19,967 nt of DNA from Candidatus Scalinduaceae bacterium (GCA_046759445.1 JBHICG010000064.1:1-19967), one strand, 5' to 3'. Positions 1 through 9,114 are shown, counted from the first letter of the stretch. Made by a program: numbers and translations. The notes: generated by a model from the sequence alone, not told the origin.

Positions 1-320
1 TGTTATTCTTCCATACCCATATACCAATACCAGGGCCAAAGTCTATAATAACCTCGTCCTTACCATTGCAGTCCATATCACCTGTAGTCATAACCTCAGG
101 ACTTAGATTATGAAGCTTTTGCCAGGATGTGTTGTTATTCCTCACCCATATACCAGTACCGGATCCAAAGTCTATGATAACATCATCCTTACCATTTCCA
201 TCAACATCACCAATCGTAATGCTTTCTGGAGAGGCACTGTGTAGCTTTATCCATGTACTATTGTTCATTACAACCCATATACCAAGACCAGAACCAAAGT
301 CTATGATGGCTTCGTCACTG
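1..320 (-). repeat. FG-GAP/VCBS-like 43-aa (129 bp) beta-propeller-type repeats, at least 3 copies, continuing past the window edge
   Basis: ccaaagtctat recurs at 36, 165 and 294 (period 129). Translation: DEAIIDFGSGLGIWVVMNNSTWIKLH..GDVDGNG / KDDVIIDFGSGTGIWVRNNNTSWQKLH..GDMDCNG / KDEVIIDFGPGIGIWVWKNN. Confidence 0.8.
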
Positions 321-3300
321 GTAGTTATATTCACATTAAAGCCATTCGGAAGTATGGCTGACTTACCTCCTGAGTTTGTTACTACTACATTCCATTTTCC
401 TATCGCCGCACCTGCAAGGTTAAATGTACACGTGATCTGGGTTGTACTGACAACAGTAACATTCGTGGCGACAATGTCCGATTGACCTACCTTTGTCAGT
501 TTAACCTTTACACCATTCTTAAATCCACTACCTGCTAGGTCAGTAATAGAAACTCTATGGTCTCTTTTATGGGAAGGAGGAGTAATTGAAGATAGTGTTA
601 GAGTTGATACAGTTGGACTGGTTCCCCTTAAATACTCCTGTAGGTTGGTTAATCCATCTTCATCAGGGTCTTCGTTACTATCGTCGATTAGTGGTTTAAG
701 GCCGTTAGCCACTTCCCAGCCGTCAGGCATACCATCTCCATCGGTATCTGTATCCTTCGGGTCTGTGTTGTTTATATACTCATCAATGTCCAGTAGACCA
801 TCACCGTCATAGTCAGTGTTTGCGTCAGCCGTGGTAAGGTCTCCAAAATTGGCTATTTCCCAGGAATCAGGGATGCCGTCGTTGTCATTATCAGGACTAT
901 TGGTTATGGTGTTGAGAGCCTCCTTGTTCGGGTCAGTACCTTTGGACGGGTCATGCGGATCGACCTGATTTGTGGCTATGGTTTCCTGGAAGTCGAATGT
1001 TATATATGCCACGTTGCGTATCTCTGTGCCTGTGGGAAGCCCACCCTTGGGTTTTACGGTATACGAGAAGTGGCCCTGTCCACGACCGGTACCATCCTCA
1101 GGCGGCAGGAAACCTACCTCCACGGGTGGTGGTAGACCTGACAGAGGGTCTATGGAATAGAAGTTGGCATATACCTGACCGGTAGAGAGATGGATGCCTG
1201 CCTCAATCTGCACCTCGAAATTCACGCCGTTGTAAGTCATAGGTACCTTGGTTTCGTAGTGCTTTGTATTCGCAGGGACAGCGATCTTCACGTCGCCAAA
1301 GTCTATCCCCGTTAACTCAAACGTTGACCAGTCCAGATCTCCATCGAGTGGATCAGTGATAGTTACGATTTGTGCAGGAGCAGTGGCGTTTTTATCATTT
1401 TCGAACCCGACACTATAAGACAACAGGGTATCACCATAAATAAATCGCTGTTTACCAAAACCGGTGGGACCGGTCTTTTCATTGGGATCCCAGGGGCGTG
1501 CTGGCTGGCTACTCCCTCCACCTCCAGCTTTGGTAGGTGGATTGGGTGAAGGGAAAAATTTTTTTCTGATTTCTCCCCAAATAGTTAAGAGGCCACAGAC
1601 AAATGGATTAAACCGGCAAGCAATGTCCTGGCGAAAAGCGTCCTCCATTTCTGAAGCAGCTTCTTTTCCATTCCACGGTGAGACCGAAAGCAAACCCGAA
1701 GGATCTATTCTATCCAGTGGTGTATTCTCAATGTATCGATATAGATTTTTATCCCCACCTGTAAGACCAATTGGATCCATCGATACAAAGCGTCCTACGG
1801 TTGAATCATAATACCTTGCCCTCATGTAATATAATCTGTTTTCTCCTGCCACAACACCATACTCGCCAACATACTCAAAAGAGTTATTAGCAGTTTCGGA
1901 GCTAGAAGGTTGTTCTCCAAACGGTAGATATCTGTATAAATTCAGTATTGTTCCCATACTTCCAGTCAATTCACTTGTACTGCCGATTGCGTCGAACGTG
2001 TAAAAGGCTGACTTGGCAATGGCATCTTTCTGAGATAGTAAGCCGAAGCCATGGTCGTAGCGAGCGGTAAGGTTACCTGTGCTATTCTCATATTCCCCAA
2101 CCACATTACCGAAGCCGATGGGATCAATTACGAAATCGGTTGTTGTACCGTTGTCATCGACACGGACGCGATTTCCAAAGGCATCTGTCTGGGATAATAA
2201 ACCAAAGCCGTGGTCGTAGTGAGCGGTGAGGTTCCCTGTGCTATTATTATATTCCCCTACCACATCACCGAAGCCGATAGGGTCAATCACGAAATCGGTT
2301 GTTGTGCCATTGTCATTGACACGGACGCGATTTCCAAAAGCATCGTAGGTGTATGTCCAGTTGGCCTGGGGTGAAGATACGGCTACCAAACGGTTTTCAT
2401 CGTTATAAGTATAAGTGGTCGTGTCAGACGGCGAGGTCTTCTGAATCATGTTGCCATCGGCATCATACTGGTACGTGGTGTTGCCAACCTGTATGTACTG
2501 GTTCATATTGTTGGTTGTGTAGTTGGTAATGACGGCGTTGTCAGTAACAGTAATACGGTTACCCAGTGCATCGTATTTGTATTCCACGTACCTTCCGTCA
2601 GGGGTGGTCCATGCCGTAAGCTGGCCCAGGTTGTCGTAAACGTAATCCCAGCGACCTTCGAGCGTAGTCATAGACGTGCGACGACCTCGCTCATCATAGG
2701 TGTATGTGAATTTCGATAAAATGTTGCCGTCAGGCTTGTAATTGATGAGCTCTGTGAGTTGCCATGCATTGTCATATTTAAGTGTGGTGTAAACGCCATT
2801 GCCCAGGTCTTTACGCACCAGACGACCGGTTGTGTCATAATGGTAGCGGACGATTTCGGCTGAGGACTCATCCGTGATACTCTCCAGCCGCCCAACTGCA
2901 TCATAAAAATAATCAAGGCGATGACCAAGTTGATTAAGGCTGGAGGTCCGCTGGCCGGCTTCGTTATATGTGTACTGGAGAAAGCGGCCACCAGGGAATG
3001 TGATTCTGAGAATGCGGTCATTGGCATCGTATTGAAGGGTAGTAGTACCTGTTGCATCCGTGGCAGAGGTAAGATTTCCACGAGAATCGTAAACATAATC
3101 AATACGTGAGCTATCTGGGAAAATCCTGGCGGTGAGCCTGCCGTCAGTGTCGTATTCATATGTTATAGGAGCGCTACGTCGATTCGTCCAAGAAGTAGGA
3201 TTTCCTTCAGTATTATAAACCCAACCTTCAATACTGCCATCATCATACGTAATCGAGGATAGATTGCCGGTAGTATCATAGCCGTAGTCGGTTACGTTGC

Positions 3301-6300
3301 CATTGGCGTCAATGAGTTTCGTCATGCGATTGAACGGTCCATTATTGGCAAAACGAGTCCCGTTGCCGAGAGGATCGGTGGCGTAAATTAGATTGCCTTC
3401 GCCATCATAGTTATATGCATAAGAATGACCTGCAGGGTCAGTGATTCTGGTGAGGTTATAGTCATTGTCATAGGTCAGAAGTGTGGCATTGCCATGTGGG
3501 TTTTCTATCTTAACGAATATACCACTATTGTCGATGTAAAACCTCTCACTGTTACCTAAGGCGTCAGTGACAGCAATCATACCTGCGGTGTCGTAGGTTA
3601 AATTAACTGCCTCAGCCCCGCCGTCCCTTGATACCGTTGTCAGTCTACCTTGTGTGTCGTAAGTGAAATACTGGTGGGTACCACCGGGAAAATTGATCTG
3701 TGTGAGGGCGTGTTCTCGAGTAAAGCCAGAGCCAGCGCTGTAGTTATAGCTTACGGTTGAACCATCAAAATATTCGGCTGAGATTAGATGCTCACTAACA
3801 GCATCATAAGTAAAAGTGGTCTTCCGGCCGTCGGGGTCCGTAATAGTATCGACCCTGCCATTAGCGTTATAGTTTAACAGTAGAGACTGACCGGCTGAAT
3901 GGTTAAGGCTTGTTAAGCGGTTGCCTAAATAGGGTTCCGTAATATTAGTATATACCCTGCCATCAGCGTTATAGGTTAACAGAAGAGACTGACCGGCTGA
4001 ATGGTTAAAACTTGTTAAGAGGTTGCCTGAATAGGAGGCCGTAATACGATTGCCATTGGTATCTTCGATGTAGTCGAGGTTGCCATCCGAACGAAATACT
4101 CGTATCAATCCACTGGGTTCCTGCAGAGAGAAGGCTCCGCCTCCAACATTGGTTAGAGTGGCGTGGTCTCCTTCCATAGAGAAGTATCCTCCACCGGGTC
4201 GGCTGTCGGGCTGGAAGATGCGTCGTGAGCCTGTAGGTTCTAAAATCGTTACCGTGCCATCAGTTGCGACATTCAATGACATATTCCAGTTATGCGACCA
4301 GCCACGACCGAAAGCGCCGAGTTTATATCGACTACTTATGGACTGTGGAAATAACCTCCTGAAACTAAGGTCTATCCCAGGGGCTGGAGTGTAGGCATCG
4401 GTTGACGCCGCAAGATATTGTATGACGTTGAGCGCGTCTGCTTGGGCAAATTCAAACGAAAGCAATTTACTTATGTCCGTAACCTTCTGTCCCAACCTGC
4501 CGAGGTAAGCGGCGTTGTCCGTGAGCATCCTTACATAGTCTCCCCAGGTACTGCCTGTCTGTGAGATAAAGTTGTCCCAAAGTGGCTCCCAGATCTCATT
4601 TGTAATGCTATTCGGACGCATTACGTCCTTAAAGGACGCCCAATCAACAACAGTGGTGTTACTGGCGTCAAGGACACCCAGGTTAAATGTAATGGGTGAA
4701 TAGGAAAAGTCCCAGGGCTTCTGCCAACCTGCGTACTGAACGGGTATACGGAAAGATTCTCCTGGTTGAAGAATACCCGGTGTATCTCCTGTAGCCAAAA
4801 ACTGAACAGTATTGCTAAAGCCTTCCGGCATAGCGCTTGTCCAGAACCCGCGTGTCAGCATAGCGCCCAACTTCATTATTGCTGCCTGCCGTCCTTTTTG
4901 CGTGGCCGTAACAACTAATAGTGGAGCCGGCATGGCGACGTTACCGGTGTTGGCGTATTCGACCCAGATAGTCGCAACATTATGGTAGCCGACCCGGCTG
5001 GGCACGATTAAGTTGGTCTCCAGTTTGGCGGAGCCAGCGTTGAGTACCTCGAACGGCACTTCATCATAACTAGAGCCGGACTGGGCACGGAGTTGGTAGG
5101 AACCAGGAGTTACGCCTCTCAGATCGAACTCTGCAAGGAGGTTGGAACCGGAGACGTAAGTTACTTTTGTTGCTGGTATGGAAGTCCCACCCTGAACCAA
5201 AGTTACAGCAGTCGCAGGATCAAAACCCGCCCCGTCTATGGTGATTGTGGCGGGTACTGAATTGCCCACACTATCTGGTGTGATGTTATTGATTGCGATT
5301 CCGCTGCTGAAACTTGTCTGAATGATGTAATTGCCGTTTGCTCCGATGGAATTAGCATATACCATGATATACCACGTGCCGGGCATGGCATTGGGAATAA
5401 ATATGTTTTGATTAGACGTTATAAAGGAATAATCATATTCCCCTGCTGAAGGCAACGCCCCATGACGTATGTAGACTTCGTACATGCTATTGTTACTCAG
5501 ACCTCCAAGACTAAGACTCAAATGTCCACCCGGAGGTACATTAATCTTGTAGTAATGCCTTTCACCATTATTGAGGAATGTGCCGCTCAGGTCTTCCCCA
5601 ACTGACATTGACGTAGGGACATGATGAGACAGCGCCACATCATCTATATACCAGCCTGAGCTCTCAGCGTGTCTGTTTAGGCCAAAAGACATCTCAGTAT
5701 TATCCTCATGATAGAAGCCGATACGTATACGCTTTCCTGCGTATGCACTCAAATCAACGCGTGCTTTATGCCAGACGGGCGTATGCTGGTTTATGGTCTT
5801 CAGGGTAGTCCAGCCTGACCATGTACCAGCTATGCTGTCATATTCACTTACCTGAACCTCTCCCTTGTCAGAGGATGCGTATGAAAAATATTCCATATAC
5901 CTCAGCAAGACCTCTTCCCCGGCAACAATAGTAGGCAGATCAATCTCCTGACTTATCAGGCGACTGTCAGATATATACGGGTAATTGCCTCCAAGAATAG
6001 TTGCTGCACAGTTCTCACCTCTAAAGGCACTTCCCGGACCACTTGTAGGTGTACCTATCTCCCAGATACCGCTATCAGAATACCACCCTCCCCAGCCAGA
6101 TTCAAAATCATCCGCGCCACCAAATGGTGGAATAATTTGTTTCACTATCTCAACATCATCTATATACCAGCCTGAACTCTCAGCGTGTCTGTTTAGGCCA
6201 AAAGACATCTCAGTATTATCCTCATGATAGAAGCCGATACGTATACGCTTTCCTGCGTATGCACTCAAATCAACGCGTGCTTTATGCCAGACGGGCGTAT

Positions 6301-6742
6301 GCTGGTTTATGGTCTTCAGGGTAGTCCAGCCTGACCATGTACCAGCTATGCTGTCATATTCACTTACCTGAACCTCTCCCTTGTCAGAGGATGCGTATGA
6401 AAAATATTCCATATACCTCAGCAAGACCTCTTCCCCGGCAACAATAGTAGGCAGATCAATCTCCTGACTTATCAGGCGACTGTCAGATATATACGGGTAA
6501 TTGCCTCCAAGAATAGTTGCTGCACAGTTCTCACCTCTAAAGGCACTTCCCGGACCACTTGTAGGTGTACCTATCTCCCAGATACCATTGTCGATGCTCC
6601 AGATACCTATTCCCGATTCGAAATCATCCTCGAACACTATAGCAGCTTGTACATTGAGTACTTCAAAGCTGAGAAAGAGTATATAAAAACATAATATTCG
6701 TTTAAGTGTTCTCTGCAGAAAAATTTTCTGTTTTTTTTTCAT
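1..6742 (-). CDS. Giant secreted Rhs/YD-repeat multidomain surface protein (at least 2247 aa, 3' end outside the window)
   Basis: Hand translation from ATG 6742 gives MKKKQKIFLQRTLKRILCFYILFLSFEVLNVQA|AIVFEDDFESG (signal-peptide-like). The same frame was checked open at 3841-4081, 1391-1830 and 1-60. The ORF track lists no stop-terminated ORF in this frame, consistent with no internal stop. Motifs: GAFGRGWSHNW (DUF6531-like), many YD repeats, Rhs core YYMRARYYDSTVGRFVSMDPIG...NLYRYIENTPLDRIDPSG, DPNEKTGP, DNDNDGIPD repeats, DFGxGxGIW repeats. Confidence 0.93.
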   Translation of the reverse strand, partial: MKKKQKIFLQRTLKRILCFYILFLSFEVLNVQAAIVFEDDFESGIGIWSIDNGIWEIGTPTSGPGSAFRGENCAATILGGNYPYISDSRLISQEIDLPTIVAGEEVLLRYMEYFSYASSDKGEVQVSEYDSIAGTWSGWTTLKTINQHTPVWHKARVDLSAYAGKRIRIGFYHEDNTEMSFGLNRHAESSGWYIDDVEIVKQIIPPFGGADDFESGWGGWYSDSGIWEIGTPTSGPGSAFRGENCAATILGGNYPYISDSRLISQEIDLPTIVAGEEVLLRYMEYFSYASSDKGEVQVSEYDSIAGTWSGWTTLKTINQHTPVWHKARVDLSAYAGKRIRIGFYHEDNTEMSFGLNRHAESSGWYIDDVALSHHVPTSMSVGEDLSGTFLNNGERHYYKINVPPGGHLSLSLGGLSNNSMYEVYIRHGALPSAGEYDYSFITSNQNIFIPNAMPGTWYIMVYANSIGANGNYIIQTSFSSGIAINNITPDSVGNSVPATITIDGAGFDPATAVTLVQGGTSIPATKVTYVSGSNLLAEFDLRGVTPGSYQLRAQSGSSYDEVPFEVLNAGSAKLETNLIVPSRVGYHNVATIWVEYANTGNVAMPAPLLVVTATQKGRQAAIMKLGAMLTRGFWTSAMPEGFSNTVQFLATGDTPGILQPGESFRIPVQYAGWQKPWDFSYSPITFNLGVLDASNTTVVDWASFKDVMRPNSITNEIWEPLWDNFISQTGSTWGDYVRMLTDNAAYLGRLGQKVTDISKLLSFEFAQADALNVIQYLAASTDAYTPAPGIDLSFRRLFPQSISSRYKLGAFGRGWSHNWNMSLNVATDGTVTILEPTGSRRIFQPDSRPGGGYFSMEGDHATLTNVGGGAFSLQEPSGLIRVFRSDGNLDYIEDTNGNRITASYSGNLLTSFNHSAGQSLLLTYNADGRVYTNITEPYLGNRLTSLNHSAGQSLLLNYNANGRVDTITDPDGRKTTFTYDAVSEHLISAEYFDGSTVSYNYSAGSGFTREHALTQINFPGGTHQYFTYDTQGRLTTVSRDGGAEAVNLTYDTAGMIAVTDALGNSERFYIDNSGIFVKIENPHGNATLLTYDNDYNLTRITDPAGHSYAYNYDGEGNLIYATDPLGNGTRFANNGPFNRMTKLIDANGNVTDYGYDTTGNLSSITYDDGSIEGWVYNTEGNPTSWTNRRSAPITYEYDTDGRLTARIFPDSSRIDYVYDSRGNLTSATDATGTTTLQYDANDRILRITFPGGRFLQYTYNEAGQRTSSLNQLGHRLDYFYDAVGRLESITDESSAEIVRYHYDTTGRLVRKDLGNGVYTTLKYDNAWQLTELINYKPDGNILSKFTYTYDERGRRTSMTTLEGRWDYVYDNLGQLTAWTTPDGRYVEYKYDALGNRITVTDNAVITNYTTNNMNQYIQVGNTTYQYDADGNMIQKTSPSDTTTYTYNDENRLVAVSSPQANWTYTYDAFGNRVRVNDNGTTTDFVIDPIGFGDVVGEYNNSTGNLTAHYDHGFGLLSQTDAFGNRVRVDDNGTTTDFVIDPIGFGNVVGEYENSTGNLTARYDHGFGLLSQKDAIAKSAFYTFDAIGSTSELTGSMGTILNLYRYLPFGEQPSSSETANNSFEYVGEYGVVAGENRLYYMRARYYDSTVGRFVSMDPIGLTGGDKNLYRYIENTPLDRIDPSGLLSVSPWNGKEAASEMEDAFRQDIACRFNPFVCGLLTIWGEIRKKFFPSPNPPTKAGGGGSSQPARPWDPNEKTGPTGFGKQRFIYGDTLLSYSVGFENDKNATAPAQIVTITDPLDGDLDWSTFELTGIDFGDVKIAVPANTKHYETKVPMTYNGVNFEVQIEAGIHLSTGQVYANFYSIDPLSGLPPPVEVGFLPPEDGTGRGQGHFSYTVKPKGGLPTGTEIRNVAYITFDFQETIATNQVDPHDPSKGTDPNKEALNTITNSPDNDNDGIPDSWEIANFGDLTTADANTDYDGDGLLDIDEYINNTDPKDTDTDGDGMPDGWEVANGLKPLIDDSNEDPDEDGLTNLQEYLRGTSPTVSTLTLSSITPPSHKRDHRVSITDLAGSGFKNGVKVKLTKVGQSDIVATNVTVVSTTQITCTFNLAGAAIGKWNVVVTNSGGKSAILPNGFNVNITTSDEAIIDFGSGLGIWVVMNNSTWIKLHSASPESITIGDVDGNGKDDVIIDFGSGTGIWVRNNNTSWQKLHNLSPEVMTTGDMDCNGKDEVIIDFGPGIGIWVWKNN
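620..895 (-). repeat. Acidic Ca2+-binding (bacterial TSP3-like) DxDxDG repeats within the Rhs protein
   Basis: DNDNDGIPDSWE, DYDGDGLLDIDE, DTDGDGMPDGWE, DPDEDGLTNLQE. Confidence 0.8.
1694..1960 (-). other. RHS repeat-associated core with aspartyl autoprotease motifs (DPIG and PxxxxDPxG)
   Basis: YRYLPFG...FEYVGEYG...LYYMRARYYDSTVGRFVSMDPIGLTGGDKNLYRYIENTPLDRIDPSG, matching the canonical Rhs core consensus. Confidence 0.9.
2043..2344 (-). repeat. In-frame diverged tandem duplication (159 bp / 53 aa period) just before the Rhs core
   Basis: DAFGNRVRVNDNGTTTDFVIDPIGFGDVVGEYNNSTGNLTAHYDHGFGLLSQT followed by DAFGNRVRVDDNGTTTDFVIDPIGFGNVVGEYENSTGNLTARYDHGFGLLSQK; tggtcgtag at 2052 and 2211. Confidence 0.9.
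3840..4035 (-). repeat. In-frame diverged tandem duplication (102 bp / 34 aa period) in the YD region
   Basis: YSGNLLTSFNHSAGQSLLLTYNADGRVYTNITEP / YLGNRLTSLNHSAGQSLLLNYNANGRVDTITDP; agcgttata at 3863 and 3965. Confidence 0.88.
5637..6586 (-). repeat. Two 434-bp near-identical direct repeats (5637-6070 and 6153-6586, period 516 bp) encoding tandem beta-sandwich adhesin-like (cleaved-adhesin/MAM-like) domains
   Basis: By eye the copies differ at one synonymous site (5660 g vs 6176 a). The domain begins DDFESG.G.W and ends GWYIDDV. The identical shadow ORF starts at 5985 and 6501 confirm the period. Confidence 0.9.
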
Positions 6743-7612
6743 AATTAATAGGATAGGTATACTACTATTTTGTATATAAATCATTATTTTACAAATCAAT
6801 CACTAATGTATCCTAAAAACGTTTTGATTCTTCACAGAAGATAAGGATAATTTTTGGAAATGAACTTTACTTGTAGTTGTAATGTCAATAAACCTGAACT
6901 CATCTGCAGGAGCACAGCTTCTAACCACGACAGAATCCTATCAAAGTTTTCCTGCTATGTACACGAGGGCATCATCTGTCTGGTTTGATGACACTATCCG
7001 TCCGAAATATACCTCCATTTTCTATTTTTGCGATTGGTAAGTTTCGCTCAAAAAAGGAAAATGAAAACTCAATAATTGTATTTGAAAAGTTTCTGTGAAC
7101 ACAGAAACATGTTATAAGTGATGTGAAATGATGATTTATGACTAGGTCTCTGCAGAGAATGCAGAGATTGCATATATTGGTGAGAAAAAATTTGGTATAG
7201 TAATAGCAATAAGATGTCTTCTGCATTACTAATACTCCTATTCGTACAAATGTGGGTAATCACGTCAATATACCAGAAGGTATTATAAGGCATATTACCC
7301 TAATAAATATTTTCTGTTTGTCAAGGCAAAAAATTACGGCGTCATGAAATGTCTTAGACAGTCTACGACAGACATGGTAAGTGTTGCACACGAGGAAGAA
7401 TGACAAGAAATTGGGTATGAATTTGGGGTTATAGATTATGGGAATATCGATTTCGTACTGAAGCTCCCCATAAATCCCCAACCACTCTTACTTTTAAAAC
7501 AATCACATACCGGCCTGGTCAGGAATTGGCAATTCCCTTACTCACTAGAATTTCCTTTCTTTTGCTTCAAAGGTGAGAAGAAAGTGGCTGATGATACTTG
7601 CAAAATTTGGGT

Positions 7613-8656
7613 TTATGCACCTGAACGATGAGATGATAAATTTGTTACTCTGTCTTCGTATTGTTCACTATAATACGTTGAATATTCACCTGTTTTAATT
7701 TTACTCCACCAATCCTGATTCTCAACATACCATTTTATGGTACTTCTTATACCATCTTCGTGGTTTATGCCGGGTTTCCATCCCAGTGAACGAAGCTTGC
7801 TGCAATCTATAGAATATCTCCTGTCATGTCCCACTCTGTCTTCAACATTTTTGATTAGTGACTTCGGTTTCTTGAGTTCATCAAGAATGATGTTGGTTAT
7901 TTCGATATTTGCGCATTCGTTACCCGCGCTGATATTGTAAACTTCTCCCTGTTTGCCATTTTCCAGTAAAAAATCTACAGCAGTACAATTATCTTCAACA
8001 TGCAGCCAATCACGAACTTGCCTGCCATCACCATAAACGGGAAGCATCTTACCTTCAATAGCATTCGTAACAAAGAGTGGCAGCAATTTCTCGGGATACT
8101 GATTTGGCCCGTAATTATTACATGATCTGGTTATTATGACGGGAACCTTATGCGTGACCCAATAAGCATTTGTCAATAATTCTGCACCTGCCTTGCTGGC
8201 AGAGTAAGGATTTCTTGGGTGTAAGGCATCACTTTCCTCAAACGAACCACTGTCTATATTTCCGTATACTTCATCTGTTGATATCTGTATAAATTTCTCA
8301 ATATAATTTTCTTTTGCCGCTTCGAGTAATATATATGTCCCCTTAATATCGGTATCTATAAATGAATCTGCATTCATTATGCTTCTATCAACGTGTGAGT
8401 CCGCAGCAAAATTTACGATTACGTTAACCTTTTCCTCTTTTATTATTTTTTCAACAAGATGCCTGTCACAAATATCCCCTTTAAAGAACTTAAAATACGA
8501 TAATTTACTAGAATCCTTTGTTATTGTATCTAAATTTTCAAGGTTTCCTGCATAAGTTAATTTATCAAGAACAACAACACTTTTTTGCTGTTCTACCTTT
8601 AGTCTAGTAAAGTGACTACCAATAAATCCAGCACCACCCGTAATTAATATTGTCAT
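7613..8656 (-). CDS. rmlB: dTDP-glucose 4,6-dehydratase
   Basis: TGGAGFIGS, DKLTYAGN, SHVDRSI, STDEVYG, YSASK, NNYGPNQYPEK, RDWLHVED, GHDRRYSID motifs. Confidence 0.93.
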   Translation of the reverse strand: MTILITGGAGFIGSHFTRLKVEQQKSVVVLDKLTYAGNLENLDTITKDSSKLSYFKFFKGDICDRHLVEKIIKEEKVNVIVNFAADSHVDRSIMNADSFIDTDIKGTYILLEAAKENYIEKFIQISTDEVYGNIDSGSFEESDALHPRNPYSASKAGAELLTNAYWVTHKVPVIITRSCNNYGPNQYPEKLLPLFVTNAIEGKMLPVYGDGRQVRDWLHVEDNCTAVDFLLENGKQGEVYNISAGNECANIEITNIILDELKKPKSLIKNVEDRVGHDRRYSIDCSKLRSLGWKPGINHEDGIRSTIKWYVENQDWWSKIKTGEYSTYYSEQYEDRVTNLSSHRSGA

Positions 8657-8703
8657 TTTATAAACGATCTCTATAATTTACATGATGACATAAGCAGTTG
8701 TGT

Positions 8704-8712
8704 ATTATATCA
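8704..8712 (-). promoter_or_regulatory. Putative extended -10 promoter (TGnTATAAT) for rmlB
   Basis: Minus strand reads TGATATAAT about 48 bp upstream of the rmlB ATG. Confidence 0.4.
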
Positions 8713-8847
8713 TCACTGCATGAACTTTATCCCCACGAGCTCTGCTTAAGGGTATGCTAAATGACCGCTGATTGTGGAAAAATACACTTTGTTTAGCTCA
8801 AATAACACATGAAAAATACGCAAGTATTTCTGACACTTCATATAGTT

Positions 8848-9114
8848 TTACGTCATCTCAGCAGTATCCGTTAAAATTACAACCTTATTTTCTCTTACCT
8901 CCATGAAGCCCTTACTTAGAGAAAATGTAACCTTGTTCTCATCAGGTTCAGTAATATTCAATGGACCCGGTTCTAGAGTCGTAATAAGAGGGGCATGTTG
9001 AGGTAAGATACCCATATACCCATCGGATCCACGGGCAGTTATTGCAGAAACTTCTTTGCTATAGACTACCTTTTCTGGAGTGATAACATCTAAACCAAAT
9101 GTTCTATCAATCAT
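8848..9114 (-). CDS. atpC: ATP synthase F1 epsilon subunit (short form, beta-sandwich only)
   Basis: VITPE, G.MGILPQHAPLITTL, GFMEV..NKVVIL.DTAE; last gene of the atp operon. Confidence 0.93.
   Translation of the reverse strand: MIDRTFGLDVITPEKVVYSKEVSAITARGSDGYMGILPQHAPLITTLEPGPLNITEPDENKVTFSLSKGFMEVRENKVVILTDTAEMT

Noticed and set aside
129..6686. Plus-strand ORFs and the minus-strand ORF 2668-3159 listed in the track
   Set aside because: They are antisense or out-of-frame shadows of the giant Rhs ORF, whose frame carries all recognisable motifs.
6743..7612. Three short overlapping minus-strand ORFs and a possible riboswitch or ncRNA upstream of the Rhs gene
   Set aside because: No recognisable protein motifs, and no convincing c-di-GMP or other riboswitch consensus by eye. 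An Rfam scan would be needed to exclude an RNA.
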